Part shown: piece by piece, positions 7,333 to 17,671 of the stretch
How positions within the stretch are numbered: the first letter of the stretch is position 1
Layout: each line of letters begins with the position of its first letter
Source of the DNA: Candidatus Planktophila sp.
Lineage (GTDB): Bacteria > Actinomycetota > Actinomycetes > Nanopelagicales > Nanopelagicaceae
Direction: 5' to 3'
Length of the DNA: 51,551 bases
Assembly: GCA_051006495.1 (NCBI GenBank)
Contig: JBPCTE010000064.1
Span: 1 to 51,551 of the forward strand
Program-made: the position numbers and the translations under genes
The notes under the pieces: model-generated
What the model saw: only the letters and a program-made list of their open reading frames with translations
Told to the model about the DNA's origin: nothing
The model's database searches: none

Positions 7333-9446
7333 TGAGTACACCTGCAGATCTGGTACTCCCAGAAGGCGCTCCAGAAGAGGTTGTTACACAAGCCATCGTT
7401 CGACCTGTTGATCTCACGCCATTTGGCTTTAAAGGAACTCTTGCCCTCATCACATTAGATAACGGATTAGACCACACGCGACCTAATACTTTTGGAGCAC
7501 AATCTCTTACATCCTTAAATGAAGCTATTTCTGCAGCGGTTGCGAGTGCACCTGCTGCTATTGCAATCACAGGTAAGCCTTTTATTTTTGCCGCAGGAGC
7601 TGACTTATCAGCATTGGCATTTCTCAATAAACGCGAACAATCATTGGCAATCGGAAAATTCGGTCATGACGTCTTTCGTCGTCTTGGTGAAATAGAGATT
7701 CCTACCTTCGCTTTTATCAATGGCTTAGCGCTCGGTGGTGGTCTCGAAGTAGGTCTTCACTGTAATTTCAGAACACTCTCATCGACAGCCTTCACTGGTT
7801 TGCCAGAAGTTTTCTTAGGTTTGGTTCCTGGATGGGGCGGAGCAACTTTATTACCTAAATTAATCGGACCTGAAAAAGCAGTTCAAGTCATTATGTTAAA
7901 CGCACTCAATAACAACACAATGATGAAAGCCAAAGATGCACTGACGCTAGGTGTCGTTGACGCTGTATATGAACCTGCAGATTTCCTAGAAAAGTCAGTT
8001 TCATTTGCGGCTTCCGTGCTCAGTGGTTCGATAAAAATTGAAAGAAAAGATTTCACAAATGATCCAGCTTGGGAAAGCGCCCTTGCAATAGGACGATCTG
8101 CCGCCCTGAAGAAATACGGCGGAGCTGAAATAGCAGCGCCAACTCGAGCACTAGAACTGATTGCTGCGTCAAAAACCGCTACACGTTCAAGTGGTTTCGA
8201 TGCAGAAGATCAAGCGTTGGCGGATTTGACGATGTCAGATCCATTGCGAGCATCTTTATATGCATTTAACTTGATTCAAAAGAAACGCAAGAAAGTTGAA
8301 GGTGCGCCAAAACCGGCGCTTGGGAGAAAAGTTGCAAAGGTGGGAGTTGTAGGAGCTGGATTAATGGCATCACAACTCGCGCTTTTATTTGTTCGTAATA
8401 TGAAGTGTCCAGTAGTTATGACAGATATCGATCAAGCGCGTGCCGATAAAGGTGTCGCATGGGTTCGTGCAGAGTTGGCAAAGCTCGTTGAAAAGCGACG
8501 CATGTCCCAGGAGAGTGCAGATCGTCTTTCAGCACTAGTCTCTGGATCTGCAGATCAGAACGTCTACGCTGGCTGCGATTTTGTTATCGAAGCTATTTTC
8601 GAAGAGCTTTCGCTTAAGCAGGAGTTGTTTAAAAAATTAGAAAACATCGTTTCACCAGAATGCGTTCTGGCAACAAATACCTCATCACTATCTGTCGAAG
8701 CGATGAGTGAAGGATTGAAAAATCCTGAGCGAGTTGTCGGATTCCACTTTTTTAATCCAGTTGCGATCATGCCGCTACTTGAAGTGGCTCGAACATCTAA
8801 GACTGATGATGCAACAACTGCTACTGCAGTAAACATTGGTAAAGAACTTAAGAAAACTATGGTCATCACCAAAGACGCCCCCGGATTCGTCGTCAACAGA
8901 TTGCTTACTCGATTTATGGGTGAAATTACAGATGCAATGGATGAGGGCACTCCCCCAGAAGTCGCTGATAACGCTATGCGTTCAATCGGTTTTCCAATGT
9001 CTCCATTTGAATTACTTGGACTTGTGGGTCCGGGAGTAGCACTTCATGTATCTGAAACACTCAATAAGAATCTCGGTCCTCGATACAAGATTTCTCCAAC
9101 GATGCAGGCAATGGTTAAGGCTGGAATTCGCACCTTCTACATCAAAGATGACAAGGGCGTGTTGGTTGCCAATCCTGAGGCGGTTGCACTAATTGTTTCA
9201 GGAAACAGTGCATCAACTGCTGAGCAAGTTCGCTCTCGCGCACTTACAGCACTTGCAGAAGAAGCTCGAATGATGCTTGATGAAGGTGTTGTTACAACAG
9301 CTGCAGAAATTGACTTATGTATGTTGCTTGGAGCGGGTTGGCCCATGCACCTTGGTGGAATTTTGCCTTACTTAGATCGCGAAGGAATTAGCGAATCTGT
9401 GTGCGGGAAGCGTTTTCATCAGCCGGGAATTGCATCCCTTCCTTAA
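7332..9446 (+). CDS. fadB: Multifunctional enoyl-CoA hydratase / 3-hydroxyacyl-CoA dehydrogenase
   Basis: FAAGADL, ALGGGLE, GLPEVFLGLVPGWGG, GVVGAGLMAS, ATNTSSL, GFHFFNP and PGFVVNR. Start moved to ATG 7332, which gives a TAATG overlap with the fadA stop. Confidence 0.92.
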   Translation: MSTPADLVLPEGAPEEVVTQAIVRPVDLTPFGFKGTLALITLDNGLDHTRPNTFGAQSLTSLNEAISAAVASAPAAIAITGKPFIFAAGADLSALAFLNKREQSLAIGKFGHDVFRRLGEIEIPTFAFINGLALGGGLEVGLHCNFRTLSSTAFTGLPEVFLGLVPGWGGATLLPKLIGPEKAVQVIMLNALNNNTMMKAKDALTLGVVDAVYEPADFLEKSVSFAASVLSGSIKIERKDFTNDPAWESALAIGRSAALKKYGGAEIAAPTRALELIAASKTATRSSGFDAEDQALADLTMSDPLRASLYAFNLIQKKRKKVEGAPKPALGRKVAKVGVVGAGLMASQLALLFVRNMKCPVVMTDIDQARADKGVAWVRAELAKLVEKRRMSQESADRLSALVSGSADQNVYAGCDFVIEAIFEELSLKQELFKKLENIVSPECVLATNTSSLSVEAMSEGLKNPERVVGFHFFNPVAIMPLLEVARTSKTDDATTATAVNIGKELKKTMVITKDAPGFVVNRLLTRFMGEITDAMDEGTPPEVADNAMRSIGFPMSPFELLGLVGPGVALHVSETLNKNLGPRYKISPTMQAMVKAGIRTFYIKDDKGVLVANPEAVALIVSGNSASTAEQVRSRALTALAEEARMMLDEGVVTTAAEIDLCMLLGAGWPMHLGGILPYLDREGISESVCGKRFHQPGIASLP

Positions 9447-11307
9447 GAGAACTGCTCCACTCCACAATTTGGCGCGTAATGATTTGCGTCGTTATGCCAA
9501 GATCCTGAAGGACTTCATCTCGCTTTGAATGTTCTAAAAATTCGAGCGGAACTCCGATTGAGTGAATCGGAACTTGTAGGCCTGCATCTCTGAACATTTC
9601 AGAAATGGTGCTTGCAATTCCACCATGGCGAATTCCATCTTCTAGAACGACAACGCTCTTGTATCGCTGGGCCATTCTAATTAATGATTCTGGCAGTGGC
9701 TTAACCCAACGTGGATCAATAACAGTTACGCCAACACCTTCGCGATATGCCTGAGACGCAGCCTCAACAGCCATATGTGCCATTGCGCCAATGCTTACAA
9801 GTAATACATCGGCGCTTTCACCGCGGTATAAAACATCGACTCCATCTCGTCGCTCAAATGCAGGAATATCTGAAATAACAGCACCTTTTGGAAAACGAAT
9901 TAGAGTTGGTGCATCACTCACAGCAAGTGCTTCATGCAACGTTTCCTTGACGCGTGCACCATCTCTCGGTGCAGCCACTTGAAGTGATGGAACAATTCCT
10001 GTCAACGCTAGGTCCCATATTCCATTGTGAGAAGGACCGTCATCGCCAGTTATGCCGGCGCGATCTAATACAAAAGTTACGCCTGCTTTGTGAAGTGCAA
10101 CATCTAAAAGCATCTGATCAAATGCTCGATTAAGAAATGTTGCATATACAGCGACGACAGGATGCATTCCAGCAAAAGCCAACCCCGCCGCACTTGTAAC
10201 AGCATGCTGTTCTGCAATTCCCACATCTATTGTTCGCTCAGGAAACTCCTTTTGGAACTTATCAAGTCCTGTTGGCCCCAGCATGGCTGCAGTTATTGCT
10301 ACAACATCTTTTCGTTCGCGCCCTATTTCTACTAATTCATTTGCGAAAATACTTGTCCACGATGCCGCACTCTTTTTAACTGGCAATCCAGTTTCAGCAT
10401 CGACAATTCCAACAGCGTGAAACTTCTCAGCTTCATCTTCAATCGCCGGTGCGTAACCACGTCCCTTTTCGGTTATTGCATGAACCAAAATTGGGCCACC
10501 AAACTCTTTTGCTTTTACGAGCGCCTTCTCCATTGCTTCGATGTCATGTCCATCAAATGGTCCAAGGTACTTCAAACCCAAATCTTCGAACATGCCTTGC
10601 GGCGCAACTATGTCCTTGATTCCCTTTTTCATTCCATGCAACGTGTCATAAATCGGTCCACCCACAACAGGTGTGCGAGAGAGAACTTCTTTTCCCCAGT
10701 CCAGGAATTTTTCATATCCACGGGTGGCACGCAGTGTTGATAGGTATGTAGCTAAGCCGCCAATTGTTGGCGAATATGAACGTTCATTATCATTGACAAT
10801 AATTACTAAATTCTGATTTTTTGATGTCGCAATGTTATTCAGCGCTTCCCATGACATGCCACCAGTTAAAGCGCCATCTCCAACTACTACGACAACCATG
10901 CGATCTACTTGACCACTTAACGCAAAACCGCGAGAGATTCCATCTCCCCAAGAAAGAGCCGTTGATGCGTGAGAGTTTTCAATGACATCGTGAACGCTTT
11001 CAGATCTGTTTGGATATCCGGCAAGACCACCACGTTGGCGGAGTAAATCAAAACCTTCGCTTCTGCCAGTGAGAATTTTGTGAACATAACTCTGATGGCC
11101 TGTGTCAAAAAGAATGACGTCTTTGGGAGAATCAAAAATTCTATGAATCGCAATAGTTAGCTCAACGACTCCTAAATTTGGCCCCAGGTGACCACCAGTC
11201 TTCGTTACCTTTTCAATCAGAAATCCACGAATTTCAGCCGCGAGCGAATTGAGTTCTTCGCGAGAGAGGCGACGGAGATCATCGGGCGAGTTGATATCTG
11301 AAATCAC
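9388..11307 (-). CDS. dxs: 1-deoxy-D-xylulose-5-phosphate synthase
   Basis: GGHLGPNLGVVELT, FDTGHQSYVHKILTGR, GDGALTGGM..EALNN, DVGIAEQHA and DRAG.TG.DG.SH. Confidence 0.97.
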   Translation of the reverse strand: MISDINSPDDLRRLSREELNSLAAEIRGFLIEKVTKTGGHLGPNLGVVELTIAIHRIFDSPKDVILFDTGHQSYVHKILTGRSEGFDLLRQRGGLAGYPNRSESVHDVIENSHASTALSWGDGISRGFALSGQVDRMVVVVVGDGALTGGMSWEALNNIATSKNQNLVIIVNDNERSYSPTIGGLATYLSTLRATRGYEKFLDWGKEVLSRTPVVGGPIYDTLHGMKKGIKDIVAPQGMFEDLGLKYLGPFDGHDIEAMEKALVKAKEFGGPILVHAITEKGRGYAPAIEDEAEKFHAVGIVDAETGLPVKKSAASWTSIFANELVEIGRERKDVVAITAAMLGPTGLDKFQKEFPERTIDVGIAEQHAVTSAAGLAFAGMHPVVAVYATFLNRAFDQMLLDVALHKAGVTFVLDRAGITGDDGPSHNGIWDLALTGIVPSLQVAAPRDGARVKETLHEALAVSDAPTLIRFPKGAVISDIPAFERRDGVDVLYRGESADVLLVSIGAMAHMAVEAASQAYREGVGVTVIDPRWVKPLPESLIRMAQRYKSVVVLEDGIRHGGIASTISEMFRDAGLQVPIHSIGVPLEFLEHSKRDEVLQDLGITTQIITRQIVEWSSSLKEGMQFPADENASRTQIR

Positions 11308-11343
11308 TTACTTATTCTAGAACGAGAGAGTGAATTAAGCACA

Positions 11344-14001
11344 CTATGCGAGAAGTGATCGCAATACGTACTGCATGATGCCACCGTGGCGGTAATAATC
11401 CGCCTCTCCGGGAGTGTCAATTCTGACTAATGCGCTAAATGAATTATTGCCAGCCTTAACCGTAACTTCCTTTGGAGTTTTTCCAGAATTTAATTCGGTA
11501 ATTCCAGCAATCTCAAATTCTTCATCTCCACGCAATCCTAAGGATGCTGCATTAACACCTTCTTTAAACTGCAGAGGAAGTACTCCCATCCCAATTAAAT
11601 TTGAACGGTGAATTCTTTCAAAACTTTCAGCGATTACTGCACGGACACCTAACAAAGCGGTGCCTTTCGCTGCCCAATCTCTAGAAGATCCAGAACCGTA
11701 TTCTTTTCCAGCCAAAATTACGAGTGGGATTCCAGCGTTCTGATATTCAATCGATGCATCATAGATGCTCACTTGCTCTCCGTTATTAAGGAAATTACGT
11801 GTGAATCCTCCTTCTACTCCATCAAGAAGTAGGTTCTTTAAGCGAATATTTGCAAAAGTTCCACGGATCATTACTTCATGATTTCCACGACGCGAACCGT
11901 AGGAATTGAAATCTTTGCGATCTACGCCATTTTCTTGAAGATATTTTCCTGCCGGCGAATCAGCTTTAATGTTGCCAGCTGGTGAGATGTGATCTGTGGT
12001 TACGGAATCTCCCAAGATTGCAAGCACACGTGCGCCGGAAATGTTTGTGACTGGTCTTGGTTGTGCAGGCATCGAATCAAAATATGGGGGCTTGCGAACA
12101 TACGTTGATTTTGAATCCCATTCAAAAGTTTTACCTGTTGGTGTATCTAGAGATTTCCAGCGATGGTCTCCTTCAAATACGCTTGCATAATCTTTACTAA
12201 ACATTTCAGAAGAAATAGATGAGTCAATCACGCTTTGAATTTCCTGTGGCGATGGCCAAATATCAGCTAGGAAAACCGGCTTACCATCGGAGCCTTCCCC
12301 CAAAGCATCTTTAGCGAAATCGTGATCCATTGTTCCTGCAAGTGCATAAGCAACAACTAGTGGAGGCGATGCTAGATAATTCATCTTCACATCTGGACTA
12401 ATGCGTCCTTCAAAGTTTCGATTACCAGAGAGAACAGCGCTAACTGCTAAATCATTCTCATTTACTGCCTTACTGATTTCAATTGGCAATGGGCCAGAGT
12501 TACCGATACATGTAACACAACCATAACCAACAAGATTAAATCCAAGTTTTTCCATGTAAGGAGTTAATCCAGCGCGATCGTAATAGTCAGTCACAACTTT
12601 CGAGCCGGGTGCCAAAGTTGTTTTTACCCAAGGTTTCGACTGGAGACCTTTTTCGACAGCTTTCTTAGCTAAAAGCGCAGCACCAATCATGACTGATGGA
12701 TTAGAGGTATTCGTGCAGGATGTAATTGATGCGATTACAACGTCTCCATTTTTAATTGTTGTGCTTTTCTCTTTGACCTTAATATCTATTGCATTCTTAG
12801 CAGTTTTATCACCAAAGTATGTTGGCAAAATTTTCTCAAATGCATTTTTGGATTCGGAGAGGGAGATTCGATCTTGTGGGCGTTTCGGACCGGCAATTGA
12901 AGGCACAATTGTTGAAAGGTCAAGTTCAATATTTTCAGAAAAGCGTGGTGTGCTTTCTGGGTTGTGCCATAGCCCCTGAAGTTTTGCATACTGTTCAACA
13001 AGTGCAACTTGTTCAGCGTTTCGACCGGTCAGCTTTAAGTATCTAAGAGTTTCATCATCGATTGGGAATATTGCACATGTTGAACCGTATTCAGGACTCA
13101 TATTTCCAATAGTTGTGCGATTAGCCATAGGTACAGAAACAACACCAGGTCCATAAAATTCTACGAATTTTCCAACAACACCGTGCTTACGTAGAATCTC
13201 TGTAATAGTTAGGGCCAAGTCTGTAGCAGTTGTTCCAAGTGGTAACTCACCGCTGAGTTTGAATCCCACAACTCTTGGAATCAACATGGAAACGGGCTGG
13301 CCCAGAAGCGCTGCTTCTGCTTCGATACCGCCTACTCCCCAACCGAGAACGCCTAAACCATTAACCATGGTCGTATGCGAATCAGTACCAACAACTGTGT
13401 CAGGGTATGCGCGCAGAACGCCATTTACATTACGAGTCATTACAACTCGGGCGAGGTACTCGATATTTACTTGATGAACAATTCCTGTACCGGGTGGAAC
13501 AACTTTGAATTCATCAAATGCGCCTTGTCCCCAACGTAGAAATCTGTAACGTTCCCGGTTTCTCTCATATTCGATGTCTGTGTTTTGCTCAAAAGAATCC
13601 TTAGTGCCAAATACATCCGCAATTACGGAGTGATCAATTACTAACTCTGCCGGTGCAAGTGGGTTAACTTTTGATGCGTCTCCACCGAGGGCAACAATTG
13701 CTTCACGCATCGTTGCCAGGTCAACGATGCAAGGAACGCCCGTGAAATCCTGCATGACAACTCGGGCGGGAGTGAACTGAATTTCTGTATCTGGTTGCGA
13801 AGTTGGATCCCATTGAGCTAGTGCTTTTATGTGTGCTGACGTGATGTTTGCGCCATCTTCAGTTCGCAATAAGTTTTCCAAAAGGATTTTTAAACTAAAT
13901 GGGAGTGTTGTTGCGCCATCGATTTTCGAAATATCGAATATTTCATAATTCTTTCCAGAAATATTCAATGTGCTCTTGGCGTTAAACGAATTCGTACTCA
14001 T
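11344..14001 (-). CDS. acnA: Aconitate hydratase A
   Basis: [52 protein letters not shown] and [12 protein letters not shown]. Likely start is ATG 14001, preceded by a GGAG SD. Confidence 0.97.
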   Translation of the reverse strand: MSTNSFNAKSTLNISGKNYEIFDISKIDGATTLPFSLKILLENLLRTEDGANITSAHIKALAQWDPTSQPDTEIQFTPARVVMQDFTGVPCIVDLATMREAIVALGGDASKVNPLAPAELVIDHSVIADVFGTKDSFEQNTDIEYERNRERYRFLRWGQGAFDEFKVVPPGTGIVHQVNIEYLARVVMTRNVNGVLRAYPDTVVGTDSHTTMVNGLGVLGWGVGGIEAEAALLGQPVSMLIPRVVGFKLSGELPLGTTATDLALTITEILRKHGVVGKFVEFYGPGVVSVPMANRTTIGNMSPEYGSTCAIFPIDDETLRYLKLTGRNAEQVALVEQYAKLQGLWHNPESTPRFSENIELDLSTIVPSIAGPKRPQDRISLSESKNAFEKILPTYFGDKTAKNAIDIKVKEKSTTIKNGDVVIASITSCTNTSNPSVMIGAALLAKKAVEKGLQSKPWVKTTLAPGSKVVTDYYDRAGLTPYMEKLGFNLVGYGCVTCIGNSGPLPIEISKAVNENDLAVSAVLSGNRNFEGRISPDVKMNYLASPPLVVAYALAGTMDHDFAKDALGEGSDGKPVFLADIWPSPQEIQSVIDSSISSEMFSKDYASVFEGDHRWKSLDTPTGKTFEWDSKSTYVRKPPYFDSMPAQPRPVTNISGARVLAILGDSVTTDHISPAGNIKADSPAGKYLQENGVDRKDFNSYGSRRGNHEVMIRGTFANIRLKNLLLDGVEGGFTRNFLNNGEQVSIYDASIEYQNAGIPLVILAGKEYGSGSSRDWAAKGTALLGVRAVIAESFERIHRSNLIGMGVLPLQFKEGVNAASLGLRGDEEFEIAGITELNSGKTPKEVTVKAGNNSFSALVRIDTPGEADYYRHGGIMQYVLRSLLA

Positions 14002-14019
14002 CGTGGCTCCCAATTAAAA

Positions 14020-14039
14020 GTATCTTGACGTCAAGATAC
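14020..14039. promoter_or_regulatory. Perfect 20-bp palindrome upstream of acnA (candidate TamR/MarR-type operator)
   Basis: GTATCTTGAC|GTCAAGATAC, 18 bp upstream of the acnA ATG and overlapping the upstream gene's stop codon. Confidence 0.65.
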
Positions 14040-15260
14040 CTTATGTCGGGTAAACAAAGCAACAGATTCGATGTGGTGAGTCATCGGAAATAAGTCGAAT
14101 GCCCGAATTTTTTCTAGTAGATATCCATTTTCAGCCAGATACGAAGTGTCTCTGGCTAACGCCGCTGGATCGCAGGCAACATAAACAATGGTTCGAGGAG
14201 CAATTCGAGTGAGTTCCTGCACAACTTCTCGACCCGCACCTTCTCGTGGAGGATCCAGAATAACCACATCTGCATTTTCAATTTGGTTAATTACTTTTGC
14301 AACATCGCCAGTGGAAACTTGAATATTTGGTTGACCAGCAAATTTTTTCTTTGCATCTGCCGTTGCATCTTTACTTCCTTCAACTAAATGAATTGTGCCT
14401 GTAGAACCAACATCGGCTATACATTTTGAGGTAAAAAGTCCTACGCCGCCGTACAAATCCAGAACATGGTCGCCTATTTTAATACTTGCAAAATCACGCA
14501 CCACATCAGTTAAAACTTGAGGAGCTCGTTTATGGCCTTGCCAAAATGATCGCTGACTCACTTGGAGTATTTGATCTCCGACTCTTTCATGAAGAACAGA
14601 AGGCCCGGAATTTTGTCGAAATTTTCCATCTCCGCTCTTAGGTGCCTCAGCTACCATTCGTTCGCCTTCAGAAGAATACGCAATTTCGATGCGAACATCT
14701 CCGGAGAGTTTCTGTTTAGACATTGCTGCAATTCCAATTTCTGGAACCGCAATCAAGCAATCATCTACAGGAATGACTCGATGACTTCTAGATGAATAGA
14801 AACCAAGAGCGCCCGTGCTATCAGTAGTGGCGATTATGCGCGTTCGCCAATGCAGAGGTTCGTCGACCTCTTCAACTTCTATGGCTATATCTAATTTCGC
14901 GATACGTGCAAATTGTTCAGTTATTACATTTGATTTTAAGTTTCTTTGACGTTTAATTGAAATGTGCTGAAAATCGCATCCACCACACCCATCTCGGTGG
15001 GAAAATTTACAGGGTGCGATAACACGATCAGGGCTAGCTTTTAAAACCTCAACAACGTCTGCTCTAATAAAATTCGAACTGGTGCTTGTAATTTCAATTT
15101 CAACTCTTTCATCAGGAATTGCGTGTCTAACAAAGATGACTGCTTTCTTTCCATTTTCGCTTTCATGGCGTGCAATAAAGTGACCACCATGGGCAACTTT
15201 TTCAATATCGACCGTGAGACGTTGGCCCACTTGAAGGCTTTTTCCCGCGCTTTGTTCCAT
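14031..15260 (-). CDS. TRAM-domain RNA (uracil-C5)-methyltransferase, RlmD/TrmA family
   Basis: N-terminal TRAM domain (VAHGG..IAR, FVRHAIP.E), C..GCGGC.FQH Fe-S motif, LDLYGGVGLF, LDPPREG, YVACDPAALARD and FDLFPMTHHIE. Confidence 0.92.
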   Translation of the reverse strand: MEQSAGKSLQVGQRLTVDIEKVAHGGHFIARHESENGKKAVIFVRHAIPDERVEIEITSTSSNFIRADVVEVLKASPDRVIAPCKFSHRDGCGGCDFQHISIKRQRNLKSNVITEQFARIAKLDIAIEVEEVDEPLHWRTRIIATTDSTGALGFYSSRSHRVIPVDDCLIAVPEIGIAAMSKQKLSGDVRIEIAYSSEGERMVAEAPKSGDGKFRQNSGPSVLHERVGDQILQVSQRSFWQGHKRAPQVLTDVVRDFASIKIGDHVLDLYGGVGLFTSKCIADVGSTGTIHLVEGSKDATADAKKKFAGQPNIQVSTGDVAKVINQIENADVVILDPPREGAGREVVQELTRIAPRTIVYVACDPAALARDTSYLAENGYLLEKIRAFDLFPMTHHIESVALFTRHKVS

Positions 15261-15292
15261 GTATCTAAGAGTAAGGGTGTAAGTTGTACTAC

Positions 15293-15958
15293 GTGCACGT
15301 AGTCATTATGGGTTGCGGTCGAGTTGGATCATCCCTCGCCATTGAATTGGAATCTGCCGGTCATTCAGTTTCGGTCATAGATCAGGCACGCGAATCATTT
15401 CGTCGACTCGGTCCAAATTTCAAAGGTCATACAGTGACTGGAATGGGCTTTGATCGTGACACATTATTAGAAGCTGGAATTGAAAAAGCGGACGCGTTTG
15501 CCGCAGTCAGTAATGGAGATAATTCAAATATTCTCGCAGCTCGCGTGGCTCGCGAAACTTATAAAGTAGAAAACGTAGTTGCACGAATTTATGATCCCGG
15601 TCGCGCAGAGATTTATCAGCGACTCGGAATTCCTACAGTTGCAACCGTTCTCTGGACTACGGATCAAATTTTACGTCGCATCATTCCTGAAGGTTCGAAA
15701 TCTGAATGGCGCGATGCAAGTGGCGCTGTTCAACTCTGCGAATTTCATCCTGCATCGAGTTGGTTCGGAATGCCGGTATCAAAAATTGAAAACATCACAG
15801 GTGCGCGTGTTGCATTTATTACGCGCCTAGGTGCTGGGTTGATTCCCGACGATCACACGGTTTTGCAAGAAGGCGATCTTCTGCACATGATGGTACGCGA
15901 TGAAGATTTAGCAAAAACAGAAAAATCCTTGTCGCACTCTCCGGAGAATGCCTCATGA
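15293..15958 (+). CDS. trkA: TrkA/KtrA family RCK potassium-uptake regulator (CeoB-like)
   Basis: VVIMGCGRVG, AVSNGDNSNI..AR.ARE and VVARIYDP.RAEIYQRLGIPTV. Start taken as GTG 15293. Confidence 0.9.
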   Translation: MHVVIMGCGRVGSSLAIELESAGHSVSVIDQARESFRRLGPNFKGHTVTGMGFDRDTLLEAGIEKADAFAAVSNGDNSNILAARVARETYKVENVVARIYDPGRAEIYQRLGIPTVATVLWTTDQILRRIIPEGSKSEWRDASGAVQLCEFHPASSWFGMPVSKIENITGARVAFITRLGAGLIPDDHTVLQEGDLLHMMVRDEDLAKTEKSLSHSPENAS

Positions 15959-16614
15959 GAATAGCTATAGCTGGAGCAGGAAATGTAGGTCGCGCTATAG
16001 CGCGTGAGCTTCTTGATAATGGTCATCAAGTTCTGCTGATCGATAAAGATCCTAAAGCGATGAAAATGCAGAGTGTTCCAGATGCTGAATGGCTGATGGC
16101 TGATGCGTGCGAAATTACTTCTCTAGATAATGCCAAATTGAATAACTGCCAAGTTTTGGTTGCTGCAACTGGAGATGACAAAGTTAATCTAGTTGCATCT
16201 TTACTCGGAAAAACAGAGTACGGAATTCCACGCGTTGTGGCGCGAATTAATCACCCAAAGAATGAATGGCTATTTGATACCTCTTGGGGTGTAGATGTAG
16301 CTGTTTCGACACCAAGAATTATTTCTGCTCTCGTTGAAGAAGCTGTAAGCGTTGGAGATGTCGTACGTTTATTCTCCTTTAGAAAAGGCCAAGCAAACTT
16401 GGTCGAACTTACTCTTCCAGATAATTCATCGTGTATTGGCAAAACTGTAGAGGAGATAGATTTGCCAGATAACGCATCCCTTGCCGCAATCGTTCGAGAT
16501 GGGCAAGTTATTGCATGCTCGGCTCATGATGTTTTTGCCGCAGGCGATGAGCTTCTTTTTGTCGCCTCAGCTGCTGCAGAAGCTCAAATAAAAGCCTGCT
16601 TTATTCAGAGTTAA
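15955..16614 (+). CDS. trkA: TrkA family RCK potassium-uptake regulator (CeoC-like)
   Basis: IAIAGAGNVG, ADACE, AATGDDKVNLV and RINHPKNEWLF...WGVDVAVSTP; ATGA overlap with the preceding gene. Confidence 0.9.
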   Translation: MRIAIAGAGNVGRAIARELLDNGHQVLLIDKDPKAMKMQSVPDAEWLMADACEITSLDNAKLNNCQVLVAATGDDKVNLVASLLGKTEYGIPRVVARINHPKNEWLFDTSWGVDVAVSTPRIISALVEEAVSVGDVVRLFSFRKGQANLVELTLPDNSSCIGKTVEEIDLPDNASLAAIVRDGQVIACSAHDVFAAGDELLFVASAAAEAQIKACFIQS

Positions 16615-17234
16615 TCTTCGGCTTTAACGCTCGGAACTTTCTTAATAATTAGCCAGGATCCCCATGCAGCTGCTGCAAAAAGTGGATAACCCATTGCAAG
16701 ATTGACGCTTCCAAGTAAGTTTAAATTTTCAGGTCCGCTCAAATAAATGGGAACTTGAACAAGTAAACGAAGATAAAACATTGCAACCCACAACCACCCT
16801 GCGCGTATATACACTTTTTTACGCTCTGGGTGATTTCTCCACAAAAGATTTTCACCCAAAATAGGACCCAGAATGAGCCCGAGAATTGGCCATCCGACTA
16901 AGTTTGCAATTAAATAAACTGTTCCGTAGACAAGATTTGTCAGAAATTTAGGTAAAAAGAAATCTGTTGCATTACCGGTGCGATTCGCCAAATATGCGCA
17001 AAATGCAACGCCAATAAATCCTGAAATAACGTGTTGAATTGTGTCTTTTTTAATCAGACGAATAATTGTTAAAAGTGCAGATGACGCAACGGCCGCGTAC
17101 AGAGCCTGCCTTAAATTATCTGACAAATTGAAAACTAAAATAAAAAGAATGGATGGAAGCCCAGAGTCGATTAAACCTTTTTTACCACCGAGGGCATTGA
17201 CAACCTTTGCGCGATCATCGTGTTCGTGGCTCAT
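16611..17234 (-). CDS. DUF3159 membrane protein
   Basis: ALGGKKGLIDSGLP, RTG.A.DFFLP, WPILG.ILG and WR..P motifs; conserved position between trkA and dut. Confidence 0.85.
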   Translation of the reverse strand: MSHEHDDRAKVVNALGGKKGLIDSGLPSILFILVFNLSDNLRQALYAAVASSALLTIIRLIKKDTIQHVISGFIGVAFCAYLANRTGNATDFFLPKFLTNLVYGTVYLIANLVGWPILGLILGPILGENLLWRNHPERKKVYIRAGWLWVAMFYLRLLVQVPIYLSGPENLNLLGSVNLAMGYPLFAAAAWGSWLIIKKVPSVKAED

Positions 17235-17671
17235 GTTCTACCTGTCGATCCAAATCCGTCGGTACCTCGGCCAGAACCCGGAAGTTCTTGAACCTCAATA
17301 AACTCTGCGCGTTCAACTTGTTGAATAACGAGTTGTGCAACTCGATCTCCACGTTTGAATGAAACAGATTCTTTCGGGTCGTGGTTAATCAAAATCAGTT
17401 TTAACTCGCCTCGATACCCAGCATCAACAGTCCCCGGCGCATTGACCATGGTTACTCCATTTTTAATTGCCAATCCCGAACGTGGATGCACAAGTGCAAC
17501 ATAACCATCAGGAAGTGCTATAGAAATTCCCGTGGGCACTAATGCTCGTTCACCTGGTTCAAGTGTGATATCCACAGCAGAAACGATGTCAGCGCCAGCA
17601 TCTCCACCCTTTGCATAGTTCGGCAATGGCACACCTGGATCAAGGCGTTTGATTAACACTTTTACGCTCAT
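17231..17671 (-). CDS. dut: dUTP diphosphatase
   Basis: GDAGAD, HPRSGLA, NAPGTVDAGYRGE, RVAQLV and RG.DGFGSTG. Confidence 0.97.
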   Translation of the reverse strand: MSVKVLIKRLDPGVPLPNYAKGGDAGADIVSAVDITLEPGERALVPTGISIALPDGYVALVHPRSGLAIKNGVTMVNAPGTVDAGYRGELKLILINHDPKESVSFKRGDRVAQLVIQQVERAEFIEVQELPGSGRGTDGFGSTGRT

